A DNA stretch of 54,021 bases. It comes from Salisapilia sapeloensis CBS 127946 (lineage: Eukaryota > Protista > Oomycota). Shown here piece by piece: positions 22,001-32,317 of this stretch; the first letter of the stretch is position 1, and each line of letters starts with the position of its first letter. A program made the translations under genes and the position numbers. The notes beneath the pieces were generated by a model, which was not told where the DNA came from, did not search any database, and saw only the letters and a list, made by a program, of their open reading frames with translations. The stretch spans positions 1-54,021 of the forward strand of contig JAADVB010000117.1 in assembly GCA_023334545.1 (NCBI GenBank), written 5' to 3'.

Positions 22001-24127
22001 CCTTTGACGTGACAGGTGCAACTGGTAGATACTCACGCACTGATGCCGAGTACTTACTGCACCACTTTCCATTCTGAAGCGTTGTTTTAAGTCGCATCAT
22101 GGACGGAACTGCCGACCGCTTTGCCTGGTTTACCAGTCCAGCTTGCAATTGTTCGAGGAATGAACGTAACCAGCTCCTGGCTCGAAGCGTCCGTCGAAGG
22201 CGAGCATTCCAACCGGACAGTATTGCACTCGTTGTGCGATAGATTGGATGTCGGCACTCTGTGACGGTAATGTACTGCTTCAAGCTTTTATTGTATCGAA
22301 GTGAAGCGCTTTGTCGAGCAAATATCTCCTGCAGCTCTTCTGCTCGATACTTTTTACGCAACTGATTCAATTGCCAATTCGAGCACATGAGCATACTTTC
22401 CGATGGTTTTATCAACAGTGAACTGGTTGATGTATGAGCTTCACAGTTTCGACCTGTGGATGAACTCCAGCAATTGAAGCAAATGGATGTGCTCTCCTTT
22501 GGATTGGACATTTGGATAGTTTTACTTGGATCTGACACAGCTTGGAAACCCATGTCGGTCATGTCACGTATCGGAGGAGCTGAGGAAAGTGGATTTCGAG
22601 TAGCTGATCGAACTTCTTTCTGAGGTGTCCGATTCACTCTCAACTGTTTCTTTGATTGCTTTGACTTGTCTTGCATCGCAGCAACGAAAGCAGGAGCTTG
22701 CCTCTTCCCAAACACAACTTTTCTGGATACTGATGTTGCTTCTCCATCGCGTTGATTGTGCTGGGAATGATCCATTCGACTTTGGGCAGTTTGGCTCCAT
22801 AAGGATGGATCCTTACGCTTGAGCATGACCGACGAAGACAGGAGTGATGAGATGGAATCAAACTTTGAGCTGTGCAGAGCCTCTCGTACAGTCTCTCTCA
22901 GCTTGGAAATGTTTCGACAACCGTCAGCCCTAAAGAGCTTATCGTTACAGTGCCAATCCGTATCTGCTTCTGGACCTTCCTCATCATTCATCCTTTCCGC
23001 GTCTTGGTGAAGCCTCATGCTGTCCACACTTCGTCCTGTGCCAAGGACCGAGTCGTCACTATTGATGACAGAATCGCAGTCAGTGGGCTTTAGTGTGGCT
23101 GTCCATGATTTGTCGCTAGAATGTAATGACGGTAGCGTCGGTGTCAGTGGTCGAGGCGTCAGTGTAGAACGGGATGAGTGGACAGATGAAGACGATGGAG
23201 ATACAGGAGGTAGCTCTACTTTAAGACTCGGAGTTGACAAAGCTGGTGTGGAAACTGAATGTGTCAGAGGTTCTAATCGAGGAGATGCGGGTGATAATGT
23301 CGGCAAAGCCACTTGTGATGCAGTCTGGAACGCAGCAGGAGGTTCCCATTGACTATTTCCTGTAGAAGAATTATAATACCACACTTCCTGCTTGTGTACA
23401 TCTCGTATCTGATGCCAGTCTCCATATACAGCATCCGTTACGGAGGTGGGAGCATCGGAGGCTTGAGCCGATGGTTGGGTCCTCTTCTTGTATCGCTGTT
23501 GCATTTGTCTACGCGTCTGAGAGCCTCGAAACAGCGATTGGATCTACCATGTGCGTCAAGATGTTAGAATCAAACGCAAAGAAGTCACGAGCAAACACAA
23601 AACTATACTTTTGTTGCGTGCAGATCCATTGGATTCGCACGTTTCCTCACTCGAAAATGCTCCTTTGCCTTCTCTTTCGCTACCTCCTTCATTGCTGCTT
23701 TCGCTGCCTTATCATGCAGACGATGCTGCTCACCTGCCAATTTCTGCTGCTGCGATGCCAATTCGTGCTTCGATGGAGAGTAGTCTGGCACAAATGTATC
23801 CGTATTCATGACAACGCGCATCTCTTCATCTACAAAGTCGCTTTCATTCGAGTCTATCAACTGCGCTGAGCTATCTGGATACGAAAAACTGGTCGCACTT
23901 GGCACTGCTCTCTTCGCAAATGTGCTGGACGTCACTTGCGTGTCTTCGTCATCGACTTCCAATATCTGGATGGTGGTTCTTGGCTTTGGAACATGAGGTG
24001 AACGAGCCGGGCGATTGATACGATGCAATAGCTGTGCTGTCTCATTCTGAAGTTGCTGAAGCTCTGGAGACGCATCCAAAGCCCTCGCTTCTTCTCGTCG
24101 ACGCCTACGACGAAAGAGCAGCGGCAT
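19069..24127 (-). CDS. Large IQ-motif, WW-domain and ankyrin-repeat protein, 5 exons
   Basis: Exon 23609..24127 joins the 19854..23543 exon to create an IQ motif (ATKIQSLFRGSQTRR). WW-like segments are GDWHQIRDVHKQEVWYYNSSTGNSQWEPP and PYEQFQTDDGIPYWFDRITGETYWSRP. C-terminal ankyrin repeats (DALGNTLLSVACQNNNKRIAKLCLRRGADINTQN; NGQSILHYCHVYGFHDLMDYLLKKGA) end at TAG 19069. Confidence 0.85.
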
Positions 24128-24264
24128 GATGTCCAAGTAGGATGAAGTACTGCGATAGCTTGCATGAAACGGTACAAACATCAGAAATAGATTCACCTGG
24201 TTAAGTAAAGAAACTAGCGTGGCACTACGAAAACTCAGTAGCTTGGTAGAGCATACTGTCGTGT

Positions 24265-24747
24265 CTAGAGCAGCACAATCTTCTCCCGTTTGACGGGAGC
24301 TGGAGGCAGGGCAAAGTCCTTCAAGTTATTTGCTATCGCGGAGGGTTCTGTCCTCTCATCCCAGCGACTAATTGACCTAGATTCCTGAATCGCCCGTACG
24401 AGCTTACAAGCTTCAGCGACATACTCCGCGTCGAGCCCAGCATCCCGCATGAGCGTTTCAGCTCGGTCGAACGGCGAGACCCAAAATTGGCACATCGTGC
24501 GTTTTCGACCGTCCGACTTGCAAGCAATGACGACAGTCTCGTCCGTCGTATCGCAACAAGAGTCTGCGCCATCTGTAAGGTCGCTCTCGCAGTCGCTCTC
24601 GCCATCGATGGGGAGCCAATAGTGACGCAAGGGCTTTCCCACAAGTCCGATGGGCGGTCCGCCACTCTCCGGGACGCAGCACGGTGCGTGGCCGACCTTG
24701 AATTCCCAAATCTCAGCCTTGTCGAAACGCACTCGTTTCTGGTCCAT
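24265..24747 (-). CDS. Small protein with N-terminal KRVRF (RVxF, PP1-docking-like) motif, CSRNP-N-like
   Basis: MDQKRVRFDKAEIWEFKVGHAPCCVPESGGPPIGL resembles the KxVxF...VPSxGGxxLG pattern. 160-aa single-exon ORF with GC-rich codons. Confidence 0.6.
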   Translation of the reverse strand: MDQKRVRFDKAEIWEFKVGHAPCCVPESGGPPIGLVGKPLRHYWLPIDGESDCESDLTDGADSCCDTTDETVVIACKSDGRKRTMCQFWVSPFDRAETLMRDAGLDAEYVAEACKLVRAIQESRSISRWDERTEPSAIANNLKDFALPPAPVKREKIVLL

Positions 24748-24915
24748 ATTGCGGTCGAATCGGAACTGGCGCTAGCTGTCAACTGGGTGCATGGTCAATT
24801 ACGAGCTTGACACCTGGGCACTTTACTTTTGTATCGCATACAAAGTCCAAGACGACCAGATACGTTGGGTCCATATGGTACATGGACGGTACAAGAAACT
24901 CAAATCAGAACACGA

Positions 24916-26306
24916 ATGCAGGAGCAGCAATCGGCAGGAGCTACCGCCAAGGAACGCCGAGAGCAGAGCCTCCGGGCGATAGCAGAAACGCTGCAAGTTG
25001 CTCGGGAGACTGCTACAGAGCTGAGCACGCAATCTGGTGATTGAAGATTTGTATCATCTAAATGATGTGGCTTGCTTATCTTGGAATTTTGTAGAGCAAT
25101 TGGGAAGGAGCGAACGCAGACTGGATGATGCTCAGCACACCGTGGACCAATCGAAGCGTGTTCTTCGGTGTGTGCAGTGGAAATATTCAGCCTAAATTTT
25201 GCTTTCTGACCTTGTTTACTGCGAGCGTAGTGGCATGACCTGGTCTGGATGGCTCTTTAACGCCGTCACATCTGGACCCAAGCGTACTGAGCAGCTGCCG
25301 AGCACCAACTCCTCTCAGACCAAAGCTGTATGTGTTTTATGACCGCCACTAGGTTTATAGTGAATTTTAATGCAGAATCTATTCGTGCGTACAGATCGCC
25401 GTTGGCTTCATTTGTCCAGAATGTCGCGTGCAATACCAGTCGCAAAGCCAATTAGCACACCACTACGACACTGCTCATCAAAGCATAGCTGAAGAAAAGA
25501 CAGAGCCTGATACACCATCCTTTCAGCCGCTTCCGCAAAACGCCAGATCACAACCTTCGACGGATAAGACGTCAAAAGAAGTGGCAGAAGAGCAATACGA
25601 AACTTTGCGTGAACAAGATAGATTTCTAGATGAGCTTTCACCTCAATTGGAAGAGCTAAAGCACTCTTCCATGGCTATTGGAGACGCTTTGACGAGTCAG
25701 AATGAGCATCTGGAGACCATCGAATCAAAGTCGGAACGTTTGAATCGAGAGACGCAACGATTGTCTGTTCGAACGAAGGAAATGTCGTCCAAGTGGTTGC
25801 AAGTGGACTTGTTGATGCGATGTGCTTTGCAAGAGGTTGGCAGCGGTCGATTTCTGTGCGAATGGAATGGTCTTCCAATTCTCAAGTGCGTCTAGCCAAT
25901 ACACATACTATTGTAAGTGAATAACGTCCTGGATAGACCAGAAGTGGTGCAGGACCATTGCAAGTTCCGAGCATACACACTGGGCGGTGATGCAGAGTTG
26001 TTCGGACTGCAGAGTGAAGTCACGAAAATGTTCTTTGGCATAAACCGATTTGGGTACCTGAGGATTCAGGGCAAAGGACTGTATTCGTACGAACGACTGT
26101 GGATAGACCAGTCACGCGAGACGACGCCGATCCTTTGTCTCGCCAGTTTCTTTGGTATCGGTGGATGGGTGACCAAGAAAAGTGAGGAGGCGGATGGGTC
26201 AGCCAAATTGACGCTCATTCGAGGCACGGAAGAGAACAAGGAAAAAGCACTTCAGTTTAAAATCGTTGTTTTAAAGGACTCGGACGACTTCCAGTCGAAG
26301 AAATAA
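24916..26306 (+). CDS. SNAP-25-like Qbc-SNARE with internal C2H2 zinc finger and C-terminal beta-trefoil-like domain; join(24916..25036,25095..25167,25231..25327,25395..25885,25937..26306)
   Basis: Qb helix (SLRAIAETLQVARETATELSTQSEQLGRSERRLDDAQHTVDQSKRVLRGMTWSGW), zinc finger GFICPECRVQYQSQSQLAHHYDTAH, Qc helix (EQDRFLDELSPQLEELKHSSMAIGDALTSQNEHLETIESKSERL). Four GT-AG introns keep the frame open. Confidence 0.85.
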
Positions 26307-26364
26307 ATAGTATATAAGCAAGTGATTCATCCGTTTCATATCATCCGAGAGTTGGTTCTAAGTC

Positions 26365-29300
26365 ATGGAGCCGAATGTTGCGGCCATGGAGGCAGAGATG
26401 GCGGTGCAGTCTTCGATTGCTGTGCGAGAAAGGTATAAAGACAAGCTCAAGGATCTGATAGCAAGTCTGAAAGATCACGGTGTGGCACCAGTATCGGCAA
26501 AGAAGATATTTGGTGGAAAGCAAAAGCAACCCAAGGAGAAGCTATTACAAGTAATAGGCGATTGGCTTTTACTCGTCCGGGCAGCTTCGGTGGATGTAGT
26601 GGAGGCAGTTGAAAGGTGGTGGATGTTGGTGAACGATGGAATACCAAAAGACTACGTTTATGACGACAAGAACTACTTACTAGAGATGACGACAGATCTT
26701 GATTTTCTGGACAAAGTTCAGGAACTCAGATCTTGGCTAGGCTTTTCGCTATTGCGAAATCCATTCATTACGTCAACGACACTGGACGACAGTATCCGCG
26801 AACGTTTCCAAGGTAGCTCAAAGGAATTGCATGCTCCTTGCATGGATAGCCAACATCAATTGAAGGACAGTTGTACGCATTTGGCGTCATTGAATTCTAC
26901 GTCTACAGTACCGCCCGCAAAGTCGACTGTCAAGCAAGATACAGTGAAATTTGATCGTATTGTAAAGGCGCAGATGACTTTAATCGAAGAAGAAGGTATG
27001 CATGGACGAGTTGCCACTTTCCGCAAGGCAAATGCATTTCTCCAGCAAAAATACAAAAACAGAACCTTCAAGTTCGGAGAAAGCAAAGGTGATAAGGAAA
27101 GCATCTTAATGAATCAAAAGCGGTAACAAGTATATATCAAGTCACTTGACGGTAACGTGACTCACGGTCAACTTGTTGATGTAGTCACTTAGAACACAAG
27201 ATGAGTGCAGTAAGGAAACAATTGGCTACTGCGGCTAGAATCTTGGATGAATTAAACATTGGGGTACGGTCTAAGTCTTGCTAGCAAAAGTTCTTTCGTC
27301 CTCATTGGAAATCTTATCGTTTAGCTCAAGTGGATGCGTCGCTGCCAAGTACAGGATTTGTCAAAAGCTTCCAACGTTTGGTAAGCAGCACATTACACTC
27401 ACTTTAGGTTGAAGTGTGCTGATGTTATTGAAGGAAGTTTAAAGAGAACTACCGGAAAAAAGCGATGCATAAAGCCTACTTTGTTCAAGAAGCTCTGGAA
27501 GAACGGCGAAATGTCCTTCAGGAGGAAATGGACAATTTGGTTGCTAAAGCTGAGAGTGTCAACTTAGCAATTGCAGAACTACAACGAGTAAAGGTAAGTA
27601 GATATGCATGCACGCATGTGATTAAGTGCTAATTAAGCACGTGTAGAAAGAAGCACGGCAAAAAATAGAGGAAGATCGTCGACAGCAAGATGAGGAACGG
27701 ATGCTACTCATTCGAGCTCGAAAAAATCTTCCCAAGGTGTCAAGGAGCAATCGCCGAAAAGAAAAACGTCAAGGACTGGATGTAGGAAATGGTACTCAGA
27801 CTGAATTGGAGGGAAAAGATGAACTGAACGAACATCCAGTTCAAGACCTTGTCAAGGACATAAATATGGACGAGGAAATGGGTAAGGTAACGAATATTGA
27901 TTGTCAAGGCTTGGATGCCGTGGACGAAGTAGATATGAAACAAGAAGTTGTGGTATTACCATTCCAAATCAATTCCTACAGATCAGAGCCGTGTAGACTA
28001 GAAGCTGCTTTGATGAAAAGAGAGGATTTGTTGTCGAAAGCGATAGCCCGACATTTACGAATACAGTCGAAATCGAGGGAAACTCTAACTTTACTTCAAT
28101 GCCCTCAAACCCGAGCCGTTTTCTCAACGCTTAAAGAATTCAAGGGTCAAATGTACCGCATCAGCGTATATGATATACGAGGATACGAGAAATCATCTGA
28201 CATCGTCCGGATCACAGCCAACAGGCTTTTAAACCAAGGGCGCTATATACTTGATGTCTCGCGATCAGAGTTTCTTGCCTTGCAGTATCCTCGCAATCGA
28301 GATGGTATGTCTAGGTTTTGCAACTACCTCTATATTACGTACGATCAAAGAGAAAGAAAACACAGACTCGTTTGGGCCGGAGATCCGTGCCCAACACCAC
28401 TTCGAATACGCGATAGTGACCCAACACTTGTTTGTTTACACAAGGAGGGTGTGAGGCTACCCACTACCTTTTCGCTTGAGTTTGCGATTGTAGCAGCTTA
28501 CATTCGAACCACAGATACCACAAATATACATTTTGTCGTGAGCTACCTCATGGGCATCTCTACCAGAATGGATGAAGTTTCAGTTTCTGCATCAAATTTA
28601 ATTATTGGTAATGATTTACTTGAGATGAAGAGCACTAAATCTAATGATTCAGAGCACATTGCTTGGAGACACAAATGTGAGGGACGTAATAGCATGATTA
28701 ATTTTGCTACCGATACAAGCCAACGCTACATCATCAGACTATCCAAGTTTGGCATGAAGATCGGGAGTAGTTTCTACGTTTGTACACTTTCAATTTTACG
28801 CCCGTACGAATCATTTAAGGCACGTATGCACTTGTCGCTCACGGCGACATCCAGCCTGTGTCGAGTACATGAATTAACGATCAACATTTCTGAATTCTTG
28901 CGCTGTCAGAATGTATGGAGTAGACTGTTTAACGAACGAACTAGCTCTGACGACAGCGGATGCCCACAGTGTTCTTCCAAGTTTCTACGTGAAGAAAAAG
29001 AGAAAGTTGAAGCAACTAGTACGTCCATTCAAGCTACTATCAAGTGTTGTGATTCTGAGCACGAAGCACGCATGCACCACCTTCAGCATCTTTTGCAATA
29101 CAGCAAATTCGACTTGAACTTGCTATCAGAAGTCCGTCGCGGTCATTGCTCTACATGCGACGCTAAATTACCTACATTGGTTTTGTTTACAAGCCCAAAG
29201 CGTGATCACACTGATACCATGTTGCTGGAATTGCTATCTCAGCACTTTGCAACACTCTTCGAAAGCACCGGATTTGTAGATCTGGAAGATATTGTCCGTC

Positions 29301-30019
29301 AGAAAAGTATTGTTGTTATTGTCAGTAGACACTACATTTGGACAGTAGATGATGCAACTGCCGTTATAAGGAGTTGCAGTGGACAGCTAAATGCAGCACA
29401 GGTGCCGTACGAGCGCATATTGCTTGTGAATCAGACGGAAACAGCCAGCGGTATGAAGACTCTGGTTGAGGATGAACGACCGGAGTCAATCGAAAGCGCC
29501 ATAGGAAAGCTAATGGATACTTTGGAAGAACTTGGGTCGCAACCGACTGTCCATATGAGCATTGAGCATGCGACTCTGAATTTCGAAGCCTATCTCGTGA
29601 GTGAAGCTCTATTAGTGGAAGCCGCAAGAGTGGTGTTGCAGCCTGAAGTGCATTGGCGACCTCCAAGTACAGTAGTCGGGGCGTCTAGTTGGGAGTGTGC
29701 TTGTGAGTTCTTACAGAATCCACTACGTCTGAGCTCCCGCTTGATGTGTTGCCATCCACTCCAGATCTCTCAAATGACGAAAGACCTTGTATACGCATAT
29801 GCCCATCATTCGAAGCGAGCTATTAAGCATCAGGACGTGCGAAGTATATTCCATCCCTTGCTCGACTGGTGGCTCCACTTCCTCCACGTCATCCAACTAG
29901 CCAATGACCATGGTGGTGTCATTTCAAAGCAATGGAACGAGAGCAGGATAACAGTCAGCATACATGAACGAGATGTAAGCGTACGAGTGATTAGATGCCG
30001 AATGAATGCGTCTGCATAG
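26365..30019 (+). CDS. Large multi-exon protein of unknown function with coiled-coil middle region
   Basis: ORFs 26365..27126 and 27701..30019 are linked by small GT-AG exons between 27184 and 27650 (HLEHKMSAVRKQL..., WKFKENYRKKAMHKAYF...). The N-terminus has a YVYDDKNYLLEMTTDLDFL motif. The exact 3' end is unresolved because of a GTAAGC donor near 29973. Confidence 0.65.
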
Positions 30020-30079
30020 CATACACAAAGTGTATTCATCATCTTTTCAAAATGATACTGAAAGCATCTTTGATCACCC

Positions 30080-32157
30080 CTACTGCTTGAACGTAGCGAC
30101 ACGCAGTCGGTTGATCGCAGCAGCAAGCTATGCATTTGTTCGAATCTTTAGTATACCATTCAACAAACCTAAAATATAGAGCCATATACCTCATATCGAC
30201 GTGGTCGGGCGTAAAAACCAACTTTCTTGTGGGTGCCGATGACGTCCAGCGACTTAGTGCGCTCCACCTCGCTCTCTAGCAAATCCAATATTTCCTACGA
30301 TGATTGATTTATGTAAATGAAATAGTTATGTTCTAGTCAGTGTTGCACGTACACTGAGTGACTTCGTTCCGTCCATGTATTCACGGCACTTGAGAATAGC
30401 GTCGGCAATTGCTCGCACCTGACTCGCCTCGACGATCTGCTCCACGCCATCCAGCTGCAGATCCGCCTACATTTCAATCATGTCAGATAAAGTCGACAAT
30501 TAGTATCATATTAAATGTCGTACGTCACCGAATTGGATGCGGTTCAGGCCACGAGACTGGACTTTGCCAGAGGTATGGAAACCCCTAGGGTCTGGCACAC
30601 GCTTCGTGACCCCTCCGAACAAGTCTTCGACTTGGATCTCACCATGCTTGCTGGCAATCTCCTTGGCCTCTTTCGTCACATCCTTTGGCACGTAGCTGTC
30701 CATCATAACGACGTGGTCTGCGACGGAAAAGTAGTCTCCAGCTCCTCCAATGACCAGAATTGAAGACACGCCATGCTGCTTGTACAGGGCCTGGACTTTC
30801 GAGATGAAAGGCGTAATCGGCTCCTTTTCCTTGGCCACGAGCTGCTGCATCTTCCAGTCCCGAATCATAAAGTTGGTGGCGCACGTGTCTTCGTCAATGA
30901 GCAGCGTCGAGGCGCCAACTTCCAGCGCTTCTACGATGTTAGCGGCCTGAGACGTACTTCCAGATGCGTCTTCCGTGCTGAACTGCGTGGTGTTCTGACG
31001 GTAGGGAAGATTGCCGATGAAAGGGCTGATGTCGCAACAAGAGACGTAGCGAGAGTCTTCCGATCGGATCTTGACTGCGTTGGGGTCTGTCACGACGAAC
31101 TCTCGACCGTCGCCTGGGATGTGGTTATAGACACCTACCTCGAGAGCCTTGAGAATGGTGCTTTTACCATGGAATCCTCCTCCGACAAAGAGGGAGACGC
31201 CAGCAGGTAGACCCATGCCTCGAATGTCACCAGAGTTAGGCAGACTGAACGATGTCTCCAAGGATGGGGGAGAAGCGAACTGAACTGCTTTTTTGGGAGA
31301 AAGAGGACGGTCAGAGGCACCGCTTGTGCGCGGTAAGATGGCACCATTGGCTACGAAAGCGACGAGTCCAGCAGACTTGAGCATGGACCGCAGAGCTTCC
31401 TGGTCCTCGATCGACTGGATGTGGCTCCATACGTGGTTAATATCAAGACTGCTAGCCACAAGAGACTGATAGACGAGGGACGGGAGGGTGTCCACGAGCA
31501 CGGTACTTGCCCAATCTCCACAAATGCTTCGACCTCGAGCTGGGAGATTCATGTTAAATCGAACTTCTACAACGCCAGAGTCGGACACCATCACTGACGT
31601 TCGTTCCAAGACGTGCTGTCCAGGAGTATCGATGGACAAGTCTCCTCCTTTTGCACCATGCCACGAATTGCTCTCTACACATCAATGCATCAGTCATTTC
31701 GCTCTATCTCTTGATTTATAAAGTTCATACTGGTTTTAGCATCTGCGCCAGCATCCTTTGCACTATCGGCAAAGTGCCGAGTCAGGTAGTCGCACAGGGC
31801 AACGTTGCGTGTCTTGGTCGCGTACGTTTCACGTGGAAAGTTGGCACTCGCAGGATCCACTTGGACGTGAGCTCTGGATGGACTAGCGAACGGATCTCCT
31901 TGGATATGGTCAAACTCGAGGTTAAATGCCAACTGTCCTTCCGAGAAAGAAAAGACCCGTTCTAACTCGTGGTAAGCTGGATAGCTCTTTTGATCAATCG
32001 CTTGGAGCACTTGGCTCAAGTCCTGCCAGTTCCCAGGCGGCTTTCTCTGTCGTTCACCGCCACGCCCTCCGCCTCTTCCGCCACCTCTCCCTTCTCTTCC
32101 TCCGCCACGACCTCGTCCGCCGCCGTACTTGTTCCGATAGTACTCGCCTCGACCCAT
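30080..32157 (-). CDS. ABC-class ATPase domain protein (PF09818/COG3044-like, MRB1590-like) with N-terminal RGG region, 5 exons
   Basis: Walker A GGGFHGKST, ASGSTSQAAN, Walker B LLIDEDTCATNFM, family N-terminus (YPAYH...HIQGDPFASPS) and a spliced C-terminus RPRRYE-LAAAINRLR ending at TAG 30080. The protein starts MGRGEYYRNKYGGGRGRGGGREGRGGGRGGGRGG. Confidence 0.9.
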
Positions 32158-32317
32158 TCTGAAGGTTCTGCTTGTGTGTGGCAGCAGATTGTGTCGGCTA
32201 TTTTACGTGCACCTCTTCAAGATCCTATGTATAGAACGTAAGTGTAAATTTAGTCTTTTATGTATTTTGGTTCAAGATTGGTGGCCTAGAATCGAATTGG
32301 GCAGCACGGCCAGAGCA

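Noticed and set aside
32050-32130. CCG/CCT-rich simple repeat
   Set aside because: It is the coding sequence of the RGG tract of the ATPase gene.
30080-32157. Recent horizontal transfer of the ABC-class ATPase from bacteria
   Set aside because: The gene has four spliceosomal introns and host-like codon usage. Any transfer would be ancient and needs a phylogeny.
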